Below, piece after piece: positions 11,169 through 22,470 of a stretch of DNA of 63,863 bases. Origin of the DNA: Mobula hypostoma (taxonomy: Eukaryota). Below the pieces are notes generated by a model. That model saw nothing but the letters and a program-made list of their open reading frames with translations, ran no database searches and was not told the DNA's origin. Position 1 is the stretch's first letter. Each line of letters begins with the position of its first letter. The DNA lies in the NCBI RefSeq assembly GCF_963921235.1, contig NC_086108.1:6572001-6635863 (forward strand), read 5' to 3'. Made by a program: the position numbers and the translations under genes.

Positions 11169-11870
11169 ACACACACAAAATGCTGGAGGAACTCAGCAGG
11201 TCAGGCAGCATCTGTAGGAATGAATAAACAGTTAACATTTCGGGCCAAGACCCTTCTTCATGACTGAGAAGGAAGGGGGAAGATACCAGTATTAGAAGGT
11301 GGGTAGGGGAAGCCGGGTGGGTAGGAAAGGTAAAGGGCTGGAGAGCAAGGACTCAGATCGGAGAGAAGAATAGACCATAGGAGAAAGGGAAGGAGAAGGT
11401 GCACCAGGAGGAGAAGTAAATGACCACAGTGGCGAATAGAAGAAGAATGGGGAAGAGGGAATTTTTTTTTGACGGGAAGGAGAAATTGATGTTCATGCCA
11501 TCGGGTTGGAGGCTACCCAGACGGAATATAAGGTACTACTCCTCCACTCTGAGGATGGCCTCATCTTGGCAGAAGAGAAGATCATGGATCGACATGCTGG
11601 AATACGAATGGAATATTTGGCCACCGGGAAGTCCCGTTTTGTGGCGGATGGAGTGGAGGTGCTCGATGAGGTGGTCCCCCCATCTGCAACAGTCTCACCA
11701 AGGTAGAGGAGGCCACGTTGGGAGCACTGGACGCAATGGACGACCCCAGCAGTTTCGGAGGTAAAGTGTCGCCTCACCTGGAGGACTGTTTGTGGCCCTG
11801 AATGGAGGCAAATTGTGGTGTGTCGGCAGGTATAGTGCTTAGGCTGCATGCAGGGATAAGAGCCGGGCGC
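11169..11870 (-). mobile_element. Penelope-like element 3' part: GIY-YIG endonuclease remnant and terminal repeat
   Basis: ORF 11493-11999 contains QVRRHFTSETAGVVHCVQCSQRGLLYLGET (VIY...YIGET motif). The terminal GATGCTGCCTGACCTGCTGAGTTCCTCCAGCATTTTGTGTGT and a decayed hammerhead motif (11229-11266) follow. Confidence 0.82.
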
Positions 11871-12043
11871 AAGATCCTGGGAGACGGGTACTATTTGCGT
11901 CAACACCCAAGCACAGTCCAAGGATTGTGCTGGGTGTTCTGTTTTTAATATTTCAGTAATACTTGAGTAATCTTGTAAATACATTGTTTGATAAAGCACT
12001 CTTTGTTGTTTATATAATTAATGTGATGAAAAATATATGATAT

Positions 12044-12329
12044 TGTAGCGGTGTGCTTATGCACAGCGCTAGAATAACCACGCGGAGTCGGTGAGTTGGA
12101 GTTGCGATAAACAGATTTATTCAAACTTCGCGGCCTGCTTTAAAGCCTTCCCGTTCCTGCCCTCCCTGGGGCGGGACTGCTGTGGGGAATGCACATTCCC
12201 AGACCCTTTCCGCGCGCGGGATTTTCCCCCTGCTGGTGAAGATGGCCTGGCGCTCTTTTTGGGGCCGGCCCTCTGCCTGCGCGCGCTGTTGTGAGCCGGT
12301 TCGTGTGTGCCAGAAAGTGGGTCGCCACA
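12044..12329 (-). repeat. 3' LTR (286 bp) of the Gypsy element
   Basis: TGTAGCG...CGCCACA. About 93% identical to 16129-16415 by manual count. AATAAA on the minus strand at ~12116-12121. Confidence 0.96.
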
Positions 12330-12332
12330 TAA

Positions 12333-12342
12333 CCCCCCCCCC
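12333..12342 (-). promoter_or_regulatory. Polypurine tract (G10)
   Basis: A G run on the minus strand lies 3 nt before the 3' LTR. Confidence 0.88.
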
Positions 12343-15300
12343 AAGAATCGGCGATACCTCCCCCAATGTCCACAGTCTGGATCGGCCTCTGTTTGGGAGG
12401 TCTGCCCCTGCGCCGCGGTGCCTGAGCCTGGACCAGCTGCGCCAAGTCCACATGGGCCGGTTTGAGTCGGTCCACCGTGAAAACCTTCTCTCTCCCCCCA
12501 ATGTCCAGCACGAACGTGGACCTGTTGTTCCTGATCACCTTAAACGGCCCCTCGTAGGGCCGCTGTAGCGGTGCCCGGTGTCCGCCCCATCATACAAAAA
12601 GAAACTTACAGTTCTGCAGGTCTTTGGGTACACAGGTCGGCCTCTGTCCGTGCTGTGAAGTGGGTACGGGGGCTAGGTTACCGAGCCTCTCCCGTAGTCT
12701 GTCCAGGACTGCTGTGGGTTCTTCCTCTTGCCCCCTTGGGGCTGGTATGAACTCTCCTGGGATGACCAGGGGTGCGCCGTACACCAACTCAGCCGACAAG
12801 GTGGGCAGATCCTCTTTGGGCGCCGTGCGGATTCCAAGCAGGACCCAGGGAAGTTCGTCCACCCAGTTAGGCCCCTCCAGGCGGGCCATGAGAGCCGATT
12901 TCAGGTGACGGTGGAAACGCTCCACGAGTCGGTTCGACTGTGGGTGGTAGGCAGTTGTATGGTGTAGCTGTGTTCCTAGAAGGCTGGCCATAGCCGACCA
13001 CAGGCTGGAGGTGAACTGGGCGCCCCTGTCGGAGGTAATGTGGGCCGGTACTCCAAAGCGTGCTACCCAGGTTGCGATCAGTGCTCGGGCACAGGATTCG
13101 GAGGTGGTGTGGGCGAGCGGGACTGCCTCTGGCCATCTGGTGAACCGGTCTATCATAGTTAGCAGGTACTGAGCTCCTCGCGACACTGGGAGGGGCCCCA
13201 CGATATCCACATGAATGTGGTGGAACCTCCGTCGGGTGGGTTCGAACCGCTGCAGTGGAGCCTTGGTGTGCCGCTGCACCTTGGCCGTTTGGCACTGCAT
13301 GCACATTTTGGCCCATTCACTGACCTGTTTACGCTGCCCATGCCACACGAACCTGTTGGCAACCAGCCGGACGGTTGTCCTGATGGAGGGGTGCGCTAAG
13401 TTGTGAATGGATTCGAACACCCGCCGGCGCCAGGCTGCTGGGACGACGGGGCGGGGTTGGCCAGTAGCTACGTCACATAGTAGGGTCCTCTCACCTGGGC
13501 CTACGGGGAGGTCTTGGAGCTGCAAACCGGAGACTGCAGTCCTGTAACTGGAGATCTCAGCGTCTGCCTGCTGTGCCTCTGCCAGCGCTGCATAGTCCAC
13601 CCCCTGGGACAGGGCCTGTATAGTAGGTCTGAATAGTGCGTCCGCCACGACGTTGTCCTTTCCAGAGACATGCCAGATGTCCGTCGTGTACTCGGAGATG
13701 TAGGACAGATGTTGCTGCTGGCGGGACGACCAGGGGTCGGACACCTTCGTGAACGCAAAGGTAAGCGGTTTGTGGTATGTGAACGCGGTGATGGGCCTAC
13801 CTTCTAAGAAGTACCTGAAATGCCGGATTGCCAGGTATAGTGCCAACAGCTCCCGGTCGAAAGCACTGTATTTGAGTTCGAGTGGTCGTAGGTGTTTGCT
13901 GAAGAACGCCAGGGGTTGCCAGCGACCCTCGATGAGTTGTTCCAGCACTCCACTGACTGCTGTGTTGGATGCGTCCACCGTGAGGGCAGTAGGAACGTCC
14001 GTTCTGGGGTGCACTAGCATCGCGGCGTTTGCCAAGGCTTCTTTGGTTTTAACGAAAGCGGTTGCAGCCTCTTCATCCCAGGTAATGTCCTTGCCCTTAT
14101 CCGACATCAGAGTGAACAGGGGGCGCATGGTTCGGGCTGCTGAGGGGAGGAAATGGTGGTAGAAATTCACCATACCCACGAATTCCTGCAGGCCTTTGAT
14201 CTTGTTGGGTCGGGGGAAGTGGCGGACCGTGTCTACCTTGGCGGGCAGATGGGTTGCCCCGTCTTTAGTAATCCTGTGGCCCAAGAAGTCGATGGTGTCG
14301 GGTCCGAACTGGCATTTGGCTGGGTTGATTGTAAGGCTGAATTCGCTCAGGCGGGAGTAGAGCTGGCGGAGGTGGGACAGATGCTCCTGCCGACTACTGC
14401 TGGCTATGAGGATGTCGTCCAAATAGATGAATGCAAAGTCCAGATCGCGTCCCACCGCGTCCATTAGCCGCTGGAAAGTCTGTGCGGCATTCTTTAGACC
14501 AAACGGCATTCGGAGGAATTCGAAAAGTCCGAACGGGGTGATTAGTGCTGTTTTGGGGATGTCGTCCGGATGTACGGGATTTGATGGTATCCCTGGACGA
14601 GGTCTACCTTGGAATAGATCCTTGCGCCGTGTAGGTTTGCTGCGAAGTCTTGAATGTGCGGCACAGGGTAGCGTTCTGGCGTTGTAGCCTCGTTCAGTCT
14701 GCGGTAGTCACCGCATGGTCTCCAGCCCCCCGTTGTCTTGGGCACCATGTGCAGAGGGGAGGCCCATGGGCTGTCGGACCGTCGTATGATCCCCAATTCC
14801 TCCATCTTCTTGAACTCCTCCTTCGCCAGTCGGAGCTTGTCCTGGGGAAGCCTTCGAGCACGGGCGTGGAGGGGTGGTCCCTGGGTCGGGATGTGGTGCT
14901 GTACTCCGTGTCTGGGCATGGCTGCCGTGAACTGCGGTGTCAGTACTGCTGGGAAATCCGCCAGGACCCTGGTGAATTCGTCGTCGGACAGCGTGATGGA
15001 GTCCAGGTGTGGGGCTTCAACTGTGCTTCACCCAGGGAGAACGTTTGAAAAGTCTTGGCGTGGACTAATCGCTTCCCTTGCAGGTCGACCAGCAGGCTGT
15101 GGGCTTGCAGAAAATCCGTGCCCAGGAGTGGTTGGGCCACGGCGGCCAGTGTGAAGTCCCACGTGAACCGGCTGGAGCTGAACTGTAGCTGCACCATGCG
15201 GGTGCCATAGGTCCGTATTGTGCTGCCATTTGCGGCCCTCAGGGTGGGTCCCGGTTCTCTGTTGCGGGTGTCGTAACTCATTGGAGGTAAAACGCTGATC

Positions 15301-15345
15301 TCCGCTCCGGTGTCGACCAAAAATCGGTGTCCCGACTGCTTGTCC
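12340..15345 (-). pseudogene. pol: Gypsy pol (protease, RT, RNase H, integrase, GPY/F), broken by frameshifts
   Basis: FLVDTGAEISV (protease); SPWASPLHMVPK/WRPCGDYRRLN (14542-14919). The 639-aa ORF 12590-14509 has MPFGLKNAAQTFQR, YLDD, TVDAS, YSAFDRELLA, H..AH/C..CQ zinc finger, VDIVGPLP, SDRGAQF and VERFHR. RPYEGPF and VDRLKP follow in another frame. Confidence 0.95.
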
Positions 15346-16088
15346 CAGATGTACTTGTCCTGATGGCCAGCCGCCGTAGCGATTGGCGGCAGCTGGGCCT
15401 TGGCGTTTCCCGGGAATTTGCGGGGTGGTCTGCAGTGGCCGGCCTCTGTGCCCCACCGCTGGTGGTGGAAACACCATTGTTCATTGGGCTCCTCACTCCC
15501 GTCTCCGGGTTTTGTAGGCTCTGCTGCCAGGCCTGGTCTGGTCTGTCGTTGGGCACGCGGCTTGGTGATCTGTGCGACGGATGCCCCTCTCTCTTTCCTG
15601 GCATTCCACAGCACATCTGCTCGGGCCGCCACCTCCCGGGGGTCACTGAAATCTGCGTCGGACAGCAGCAGGCATATGTCCTCGGGCAGTTGCTCTAGCA
15701 ACGCCTGCTCAAACATAAGTCAGGGTTTGTGTCCTTCAGCCAGGGCCAGCATCTCGTTCATTAATGCTGATGGCGGCCTGTCTCCCAAACCATCCAGGTG
15801 CATTAAGCGGCGTGCTCGTTCACGCCGTGAGAGTCCAAAACTCCTTATGAGCAGGGCTTTGAATGCTGTGTATTTGCCGTTCTCCGGGGGCGACTGTATA
15901 AACTCCTCAACTTGTGCAGCTGTCTCCTGGTCGAGGGAGCTCAGCACGTAGTAGTAGCGAGTGGACTCCGAGGTTATCTGCCAAATGTGGAATTGATCTT
16001 CTGCTTGTTCGAACCATAGATGGGGTCGCAGTGCCCTGAAGCTTGGCAGTTGTAACGAAACTGCGTGAACAGATGCGGCGTCGGTCAT
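15346..16088 (-). pseudogene. gag: Gypsy gag with an in-frame premature stop
   Basis: ATG at 16088 (MTDAASVHAVSLQLPSF..PHLWFEQAE). ORFs 15720-16208 and 14940-15716 are in the same frame, separated by a TGA at 15720-15722. Knuckle-like WCFHHQRWGTEAGHCRPP. Confidence 0.88.
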
Positions 16089-16112
16089 CTCTGGCCCAAA
16101 TATCGTTTGGGC

Positions 16113-16126
16113 CGTCGGGGTCACCA
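16113..16126 (-). promoter_or_regulatory. Primer-binding site complementary to the tRNA-Trp 3' end
   Basis: TGGTGACCCCGACG lies 2 nt after the 5' LTR. Vertebrate tRNA-Trp(CCA) ends ...CACGTCGGGGTCACCA (from memory). Confidence 0.85.
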
Positions 16127-16128
16127 AT

Positions 16129-16415
16129 TGTAGCGATGTGCTACACACAGCACTAGAATAACCACACGGAGTCGGTGAGTTGGAGTTGCGATAAAGAGAT
16201 TTATTCAAACTTAGCGGCCTGCTTTAAAGCCTTCCCGTTCCCGCCCTCCCTGGGGCGGGACTGCTGTGGGGAATGCATATTCCCAGACCCTTTCCGCGTG
16301 CGGGATTTTCCCCCTGCTGGTGAAGATGGCCTGGCGCCCTTTCTGGGGCCGGCCCTCTGCCTGCGCGCGCTGTTTCGTGAGCCGGTTCGTGGGTGCTAGA
16401 AAATGGGAGGCCACA
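16129..16415 (-). repeat. 5' LTR (287 bp) of the Gypsy element
   Basis: TGTAGCG...GGCCACA; direct repeat of 12044-12329. Confidence 0.96.
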
Positions 16416-16534
16416 ATATGTAAAAATACATGGATTGCGTACATCTTGATACTACCTCGTGATACGTGTGTGCCTCACTAAAGTAATGAAAGTGATTCCA
16501 GAATTGAAAAGCTTATCGTACGAGGAGCGTTTGA

Positions 16535-16940
16535 GCATTTGACCCATCAAGTCTCTCTGCACCATTTCATCATGGCTGATCCATTTTCCCTCTCAGCCCC
16601 AATCTCCCTGTACCCCTTCATGCCCCAACCAATCAAGAATCTATCAACCTCTGCCTTAAATATACATACAGACTTGGTCTTCACAGATTCACCACTCTCT
16701 GGTTAAAGAAATTCCTCCTCATCTCTGTTCTATGTCTATTCTGAGGTTGTGCCCTCTGGTCTTAGACTCCCTCCCACCATAGGAAACATCTTCTCCACAT
16801 CCACTCTGTCGAGGGCTTTTGCCTTTGGATAGATTTTAATGAGGTCACCCCTTATTCTTCTGAATTCCAGTGAGTACAGGCCCAGAGCCATCAAACACTC
16901 CTCGTATGGTAAGCTTTTCAGTTCTGGAATCATTTTCGTA
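16535..16940 (-). mobile_element. CR1 LINE 3' fragment
   Basis: ORF 16736-16933 reads LGLYSLEFRRIRGDLI..LDRVDVEKMFP. Confidence 0.82.
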
Positions 16941-18504
16941 GAGCATGGGCCTCAGATTAACGTTAAAAAAAAAATCAGGAAATGCAGAAATTTGATGAGC
17001 CAAATGGACTAATTCTGCTCCTATGTCTTATGGTCTCAGGATCTTATTTCATTGTTTTCCTGTAAATCATTACACAGTGAATGGTGAAATAGTTTATGGT
17101 GGTATATAGTACTTTGATAACAATTTCAGTTTGACTGAGCAACGATGAAGGGTCACCAGCCTGATATGTTGGCTTTATTTCTCCACCCACAGATGCAGCC
17201 TGACTTGCTGAGTCCAGCATTTCCTGACTTTTTTTAAATGTCAATCTGAGGGTCAGGCTCTACTTTGATAGGAGTTTGAGGAGATGTTTGGTATGTCACC
17301 AAAGATTCTTGCAAATTTCCACAGACGTACCATGGAGAGCATTCTGACTGATCGAGCCATCGTCTGATAAGGAGGCTCCAGTGGAGGGGATTGCAAGAAG
17401 CTGCTGAGGTTTGTGGACTCAGCCAGCTCCATCACAGGCACAATCTTCCCCACCATCAAGAACATCTCCAAAAGACTGTGCCTTGAGAAGGTGGTGTCCA
17501 TGGTTATGGACCCCTCACGATCCGCTTCATGGCTGTGGACTCATTTTGGTGAACTTCAGCTCTGAATGTTAATTGCTTACTTTGATAGCTAGCACATTCT
17601 TTTTCCCTGCACATTGGGCGTTTCACAGTCTTTTTTTAATGGGTTCCATTGGGTTACCTTGTTTCATGTTTGCCTGTTAGGAGATGAATTTCAAGGTTGT
17701 ATAATGTATACACACTTTGATAATAAATGCACTTTGTACTTTCAGTTTTGACTTAGGACGTGCCCTCTTCTCATTACTACCAACAGGGAGGAGGTACAAG
17801 AGTCTGAAGACCCACACTCAATGATTTGGGAACAGCTTCTTCCCCTCTGCCATCAGATTTCTGAACAGTCCTTGAAACCACGAACACTACCTTGTCATCC
17901 CTCTTTCTACTGTCGATATATTTTTGTAACTTGTACTATCAGTATTTATGTTTGCACTGTTCCATTGAATGGGAATCAGAATCATGTTTTTTATCACTGA
18001 CATCATTTACGTTGTGAAATTTGTTATTTTGCGGCCGCTGTACAGTGCAGTACATAAAGATACTATAAATTACCATAGCAAATGTACTCTGTTGTTCAAA
18101 GTTCAAAGTGTATGTGCAGTTTACAACCTTCCCCACAGAGCTGTGAAACAGAGAATCAAGCTGGAACCTGGTCAAAGAGAAACTTCAAACCCCAGCACTC
18201 AAACGGCAAAATGGGGAACAGCTGGCTCAATGGGAAAAAGAATGAGCAAAATTCACAGAATATAAAATATCAAACCACAGAGCCCTCACTGACTGCAAGT
18301 TGCAATGCCAGTCCAGAGGAGTTTGTATGTTCTCCCCGTGACTGCATGAGTTTCCTCTCACAGTTCAAAGACCTACAGCTCCGTAGGTTAATCGGTCATT
18401 GCATATTATCCCGTGATTAGGCTAGGATTAAATCAGGGGTTACTGGGCAGCATAGCTTGAAGAGTGGGAAGTGCTTACTCTGTGCCGTATCTCAATAAAT
18501 AAAT

Positions 18505-18956
18505 AATCATAGTCATAGTCATACTTTATTGATCCCGGGGGAAATTGGTTTTCATTACAGTTGCACCATAAATAATAAATAGTAATAGAAATAGTAATAG
18601 TAATATTACTATTAGTAAATAGTAATAGTAATAGAAATAATAAATAGTAATCGAATAGTAATAGAAAATAGTAATAAATAGTTAAGTAGTAATATGTAAA
18701 TTATGCCAGTAAATTATGAAATAAGTCCAGGACCAGCCTATTGGCTCAGGGTGTCTGACCCTCCAAGGGAGGAGTTGTAAAGTTTGATGGCCACAGGCAG
18801 GAATGACTTCCTATGACGCTCTGTGTTGCATCTCGGTGGAATGAGTCTCTGGCTGAATGTACTCCTGTGCCCACCCAGTACATTATGTAGTGGATGGGAG
18901 ACATTGTCCAAGATAGCATGCAACTTGGACACCATCCTCTTTTCAGACACCACCAT
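18505..18956 (-). mobile_element. Young Rex1/Babar-type LINE 3' end with (TATGAC)n tail
   Basis: SHPLHNVLGGHRSTFSQRLIPPRCNTERHRKSFLPVAIKLYNSS. Nearly identical copies at 28886-29216 (-) and 34595-34833 (+). Internal AATAGT expansion at 18575-18690. Confidence 0.82.
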
Positions 18957-19299
18957 GAGAATCAAGCAACCAAGTAAATAAATGTGACATGCAGAAATAG
19001 TGAGGTAGTGTTCATTGGTTCTGCTGCCGTGAAGCAACAAATTTCATGACATACAGTGAGGCCTCTGTCGGTCAGGATCAACCACAGACAGTGTGTCCTA
19101 GCTGTGTAGATACTCAAGCCAGAGTAGTACAAGATGGAGAGCAATCTGTTGCCCATGTAGTAAGCTCCCACTCTCCACATATCTGCTGAACCCAAAGGAA
19201 CGACAGAAACCAATACAGTTTTGCACCAGCAACGTCGCAGGAGTTGCCAGTCAGCATTGAACTCAACGTAGGACTGCCATAGGGACTCCAGCTCCGGAC

Positions 19300-20595
19300 T
19301 TCCCCTGCCTTCTGTTTCCTCACCTGAAGCCTTGCCTCAAGCCTCGCCTTGTCTGAAGCCTCGCCTCGCCTCCTCTCGCCTCGTCTGAAGCCTTGCCTCA
19401 CCTCATCTGAAGCCTTGCCTTGCCTCACCTCATCTGAAGCCTCGCTTCGCCTCCCCTCGTCTGAAGCCTTGCCTCGCCTCACCCTGTCTGAAGCCTTGCC
19501 TCGCCTCACCTTGTCTGAAGCCTCGCCTCGCCTTGTCTGAAGCCTCGCTTTGCCTGTAACCCTCGCCTGCACTGCCGTCAAGTTCCATCGCTGGAGCAAG
19601 ATAAGGTACTGTCTATTGTTGTTTTGAACTGTCTCTGTGTCCTCGCCTTCACTAGGTAGGTCCGGCCGTTTGCCGCTACCTAGTATTGAGAACTGTCTGT
19701 ATCCATGCCTTCGCTAGGTAGGTCTGGCCATCTGCCGCTACCTTGTATTGAGAACCGTCTCGTCGTATTCTGCATTCTGTGTATGAGACCCAGCCCTACG
19801 TCCTGTTTCCAAGGAGGAGTCCCAGCTCTGTATTCTGTGTATGAGTCCCGGCCCTACGTCCTGTTTCCAAGGAGGGGTCCTGGCTCTGTGTTCTATGTTC
19901 CTGTCTCTCCCTCAACCAAGGCTCTGCGTTCCTGTCTCTCCTGTGACCTAGTCAAGGCTTTGGGGTCTCGTCCAGTCCTAGCCACGATCCAAGAACCTTG
20001 TCCTGTCCAACCCATGGCTTTGTGTTCTCGTCTTGTCCATGTGCCTCGCCCAGCCCAGGAGTACCTTGCCCAGCCCGGTGCTGGGGTTCCCTTGTCCTGT
20101 GCTGGAGTTCCCTTGTCCTGTCCAGGAGTCTCACCTCCAGTCCTGTTGCCTCTCCTTGTCCCATAGCCACGTCTTGTCCTCGCCTAGTTCTGGAGTCCGA
20201 GCCTGAGTCAAGTCCCAGGTTCTGGGTCCTTGGCCAGTCTCTGGCTCGGAGTCCATACCCTAGCCTTGAAGTACCCTACCCTCGAAGAACCCAAGCCTTG
20301 TCGTGTCTCTGCCTAGATCTGGGGTCCGAGCCCGAGTCAAGACCCAGGTTTCGGGTCCTTGTCCAGTCTCTGGCTCGGAGTCCAAGCCCTGGCTCCTAGC
20401 TCCTAGTTCCATGTCCTGGTTCCGCTATCCAAGTCCTAGCCCAGGGCCTGTATCCTTGTCTCGTCCAGGGCCTGTGTCAATGTCCAGCGCTCCTTCTTCC
20501 CCACTTTCCTTGCTTTCTTGACTAACTAGTCCTGTTCCTGGTGCTTCAGTGTCTGTGTCTTGCATTTGAGTCCGCTCCCAGTGCCTCATTATGAC
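19300..20595 (+). mobile_element. Internally repetitive, purine-poor solo-LTR-like element
   Basis: About 9 units of GCCTCGCCT..GTCTGAA (19320-19560) and several duplicated blocks (19645-19760, 19775-19890, 20190-20390). The end TGCATTTGAGTCC...TATGAC resembles the CATTTGGGTC end motif of the sushi LTRs in this window. Confidence 0.5.
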
Positions 20596-20789
20596 GTGTT
20601 GCCTGACCTGCTGAGTTCCTCCTGCGTTTTGTGTGTGTGTGTGGCTAGGGGTTGGACTATTTGAGATGCATGCCATTGGGAGCACTTAATAGGTGGTAGT
20701 AGCTTATCCGCATTTCCACCCATGGCTGTAACAACCCGAAGGGACCATGACAGACAGTATGCTAGTCGTAATAAATCTGGTTCTGTATC

Positions 20790-21030
20790 TGTCTGTCCTC
20801 TCAGGTGGAACTATCTCAAAGGTTGGGAGAAACCTCACTTAGCATCCTGGCAAATATTTATCTCTCAACCAACATAACTAGAAACAGATGATCTCATCAT
20901 GGTAATAATGTTGTTTGTGAGAGTTTGCTGGGCATTTTTATTACCTTACAACACACTACAAGTTCTTCTTTAATTGGGAAATGCTTCTTGACAACACAGC
21001 ATTGTGAAAGGTCTTATGAAAGTGTTGATT
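20790..21030 (+). mobile_element. Ancient Deu-domain SINE (SacSINE1/AmnSINE1-like) relic
   Basis: TCTGTCCTCTCAGGTGGA..TCCTGGCAAATATTTATCTCTCAACCAACAT..AAACAGATGATCT..TGTTTGTGAGAG..GTGAAAGG matches the Deu-domain consensus as I recall it. Confidence 0.65.
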
Positions 21031-21164
21031 ACACAAGTGTACTGAACTTTCTAAATGTTGCACTTTCTCTTCCCTTTTTCAATGTTCCCAATTTCTGTTC
21101 CAAATGATGCTTCAGCTTTCAAGCAGCCCACTGCTGTATCTCCAGTTGTGAGCGCTGATATAAC

Positions 21165-21512
21165 TGGAGGTCTTTGCGGGTAAGGAAGCCAAATCCCAGG
21201 AACAGGTAGAGCAGTACCAGAGATGGGGGTGAAGTGCACAACATGAGCCTATAGAGGTGGGGTGTGGAGGTTTCTGCTGGCTACTCTCTCTTTGGCATCA
21301 CAGGGGCCGCAAAGAATAGAGCCATCAGGACAGTTACTGACGCTGTGGAGCGAGCCTCTAGATGGCTATGGAGTAAGGGGTGTGACCCATGGACCAACAC
21401 TGCTGGGACGCAAGCCGGGGCCTTATCCACCCTGGCTGGGTGTCTGGTGTTCAAAAACCCGAAGCACCCGATAACCCCAGGTTACATCATTGATGATGTG
21501 TCCCAGTGCATC
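21165..21512 (+). mobile_element. Hero-like (restriction-like endonuclease) non-LTR retrotransposon 3' end
   Basis: Translates across a stop and a frameshift as KEAKSQEQVEQYQRWG*SAQHEPIEVGCGGF...GITGAAKNRAIRTVTDAVERASRWLWSKGCDPW. 3' UTR ACCCGAAGCACCCGATAACCCCAGGTTACATCATTGATGATGTGTCC. Confidence 0.8.
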
Positions 21513-21829
21513 TAAGGATGTATCTCAGCATCTATTCAGCTATTCCACTGGGAACTGCTTCCCAGACAAAGCTGCTTTGGTTCAAGGCTGGGAGTGCAAC
21601 GTTAGTATCACAGCATTCAATAGCACAGAAATGGGCCCTTCCTTCCAATCCATCTCAGCCGACTGTGATGTCTGCTTACGCAAATCCCATTTGCCCGCAT
21701 TAAGCCCATATTCCTTAACTCATTTCCTATCCCAAAGCCTTTTAAACATTGAATTTGCCTCTACCACCTCCTCAGGCAGCTCATTTCAGACATTCATCAC
21801 CCTCTGTGTGCAAAAAAAAACTTTTCCAA

Positions 21830-22470
21830 AGTGCACAGTAAATTTTATTATCGAAGTACATATATGTCACCATATCCAACCCTGAGGTTTATTTTCTTGT
21901 GGGCATACTCAACAAATCTCTAGAGTAGTAACCATAACAGAACCAATGAAAAACTACTCAACTAGGGCATTCAGTCAGAGTGCAGAAAACAACAAATCGT
22001 GCAAATACAAAAAGAAGAAGCGATAATAATGAATAAGCAATAAATATCAAGAACATGGGACAAAAAGTCCTAGAAAGTGAGTCCTTTGGTTGTGGGAACA
22101 TTTTCAGTGATGGGGTAAGTGAGGTTGAGTGTCATTATCCCCTTTAGTTCAGGAGCCTGATGGTTGCGGGGTAGTAACTGTTCCTGAACCTGGTGGTGTG
22201 AGTCCTGAGGCTCCTGTACCTTCTTCCTGATGGCAGCAGTGAGAAGAGAGCATGTCCTGGGAGGTGGGGCTCCCGGATGATGGATGCCGCTTTCCAACTA
22301 CAGCGTGTCATGCAGATTGTTCCATGGCTGGGAGGGCTTTAGCCGTGATGCACTGGGCCATATCCACTACTTTCTTGTAGGATTTTCCTTTCAAGGGCAT
22401 TGGTGTTTCCATACCAGGCTGTGATGCAGCCAGTCCATCTACTCTCCACTACACATCTATAGAGGTTCAT
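21830..22470 (-). mobile_element. Rex1/Babar-type LINE 3' fragment
   Basis: Reverse complement of the 260-760 family, extending further 5'. Confidence 0.72.

Larger units (their letters stand above)
12044..16415 (-). mobile_element. Full-length Ty3/Gypsy LTR retrotransposon (compact, Mag-like), mutated
   Basis: Two TG...CA LTRs; ATAT TSD at 12040-12043 and 16416-16419; PBS; PPT; domain order gag-PR-RT-RH-IN. Confidence 0.97.

Noticed and set aside
19114..19599. 161-aa Arg-rich ORF (RRGEASDEV repeats)
   Set aside because: It is a product of the ~27-bp tandem repeat in the LTR-like element.
21051..21250. Apparent minus-strand terminal exon encoding a transmembrane-like peptide (LVLLYLFLGFGFL) after an AG
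   Set aside because: Most of it is the antisense of the Hero-like endonuclease fragment on the + strand.
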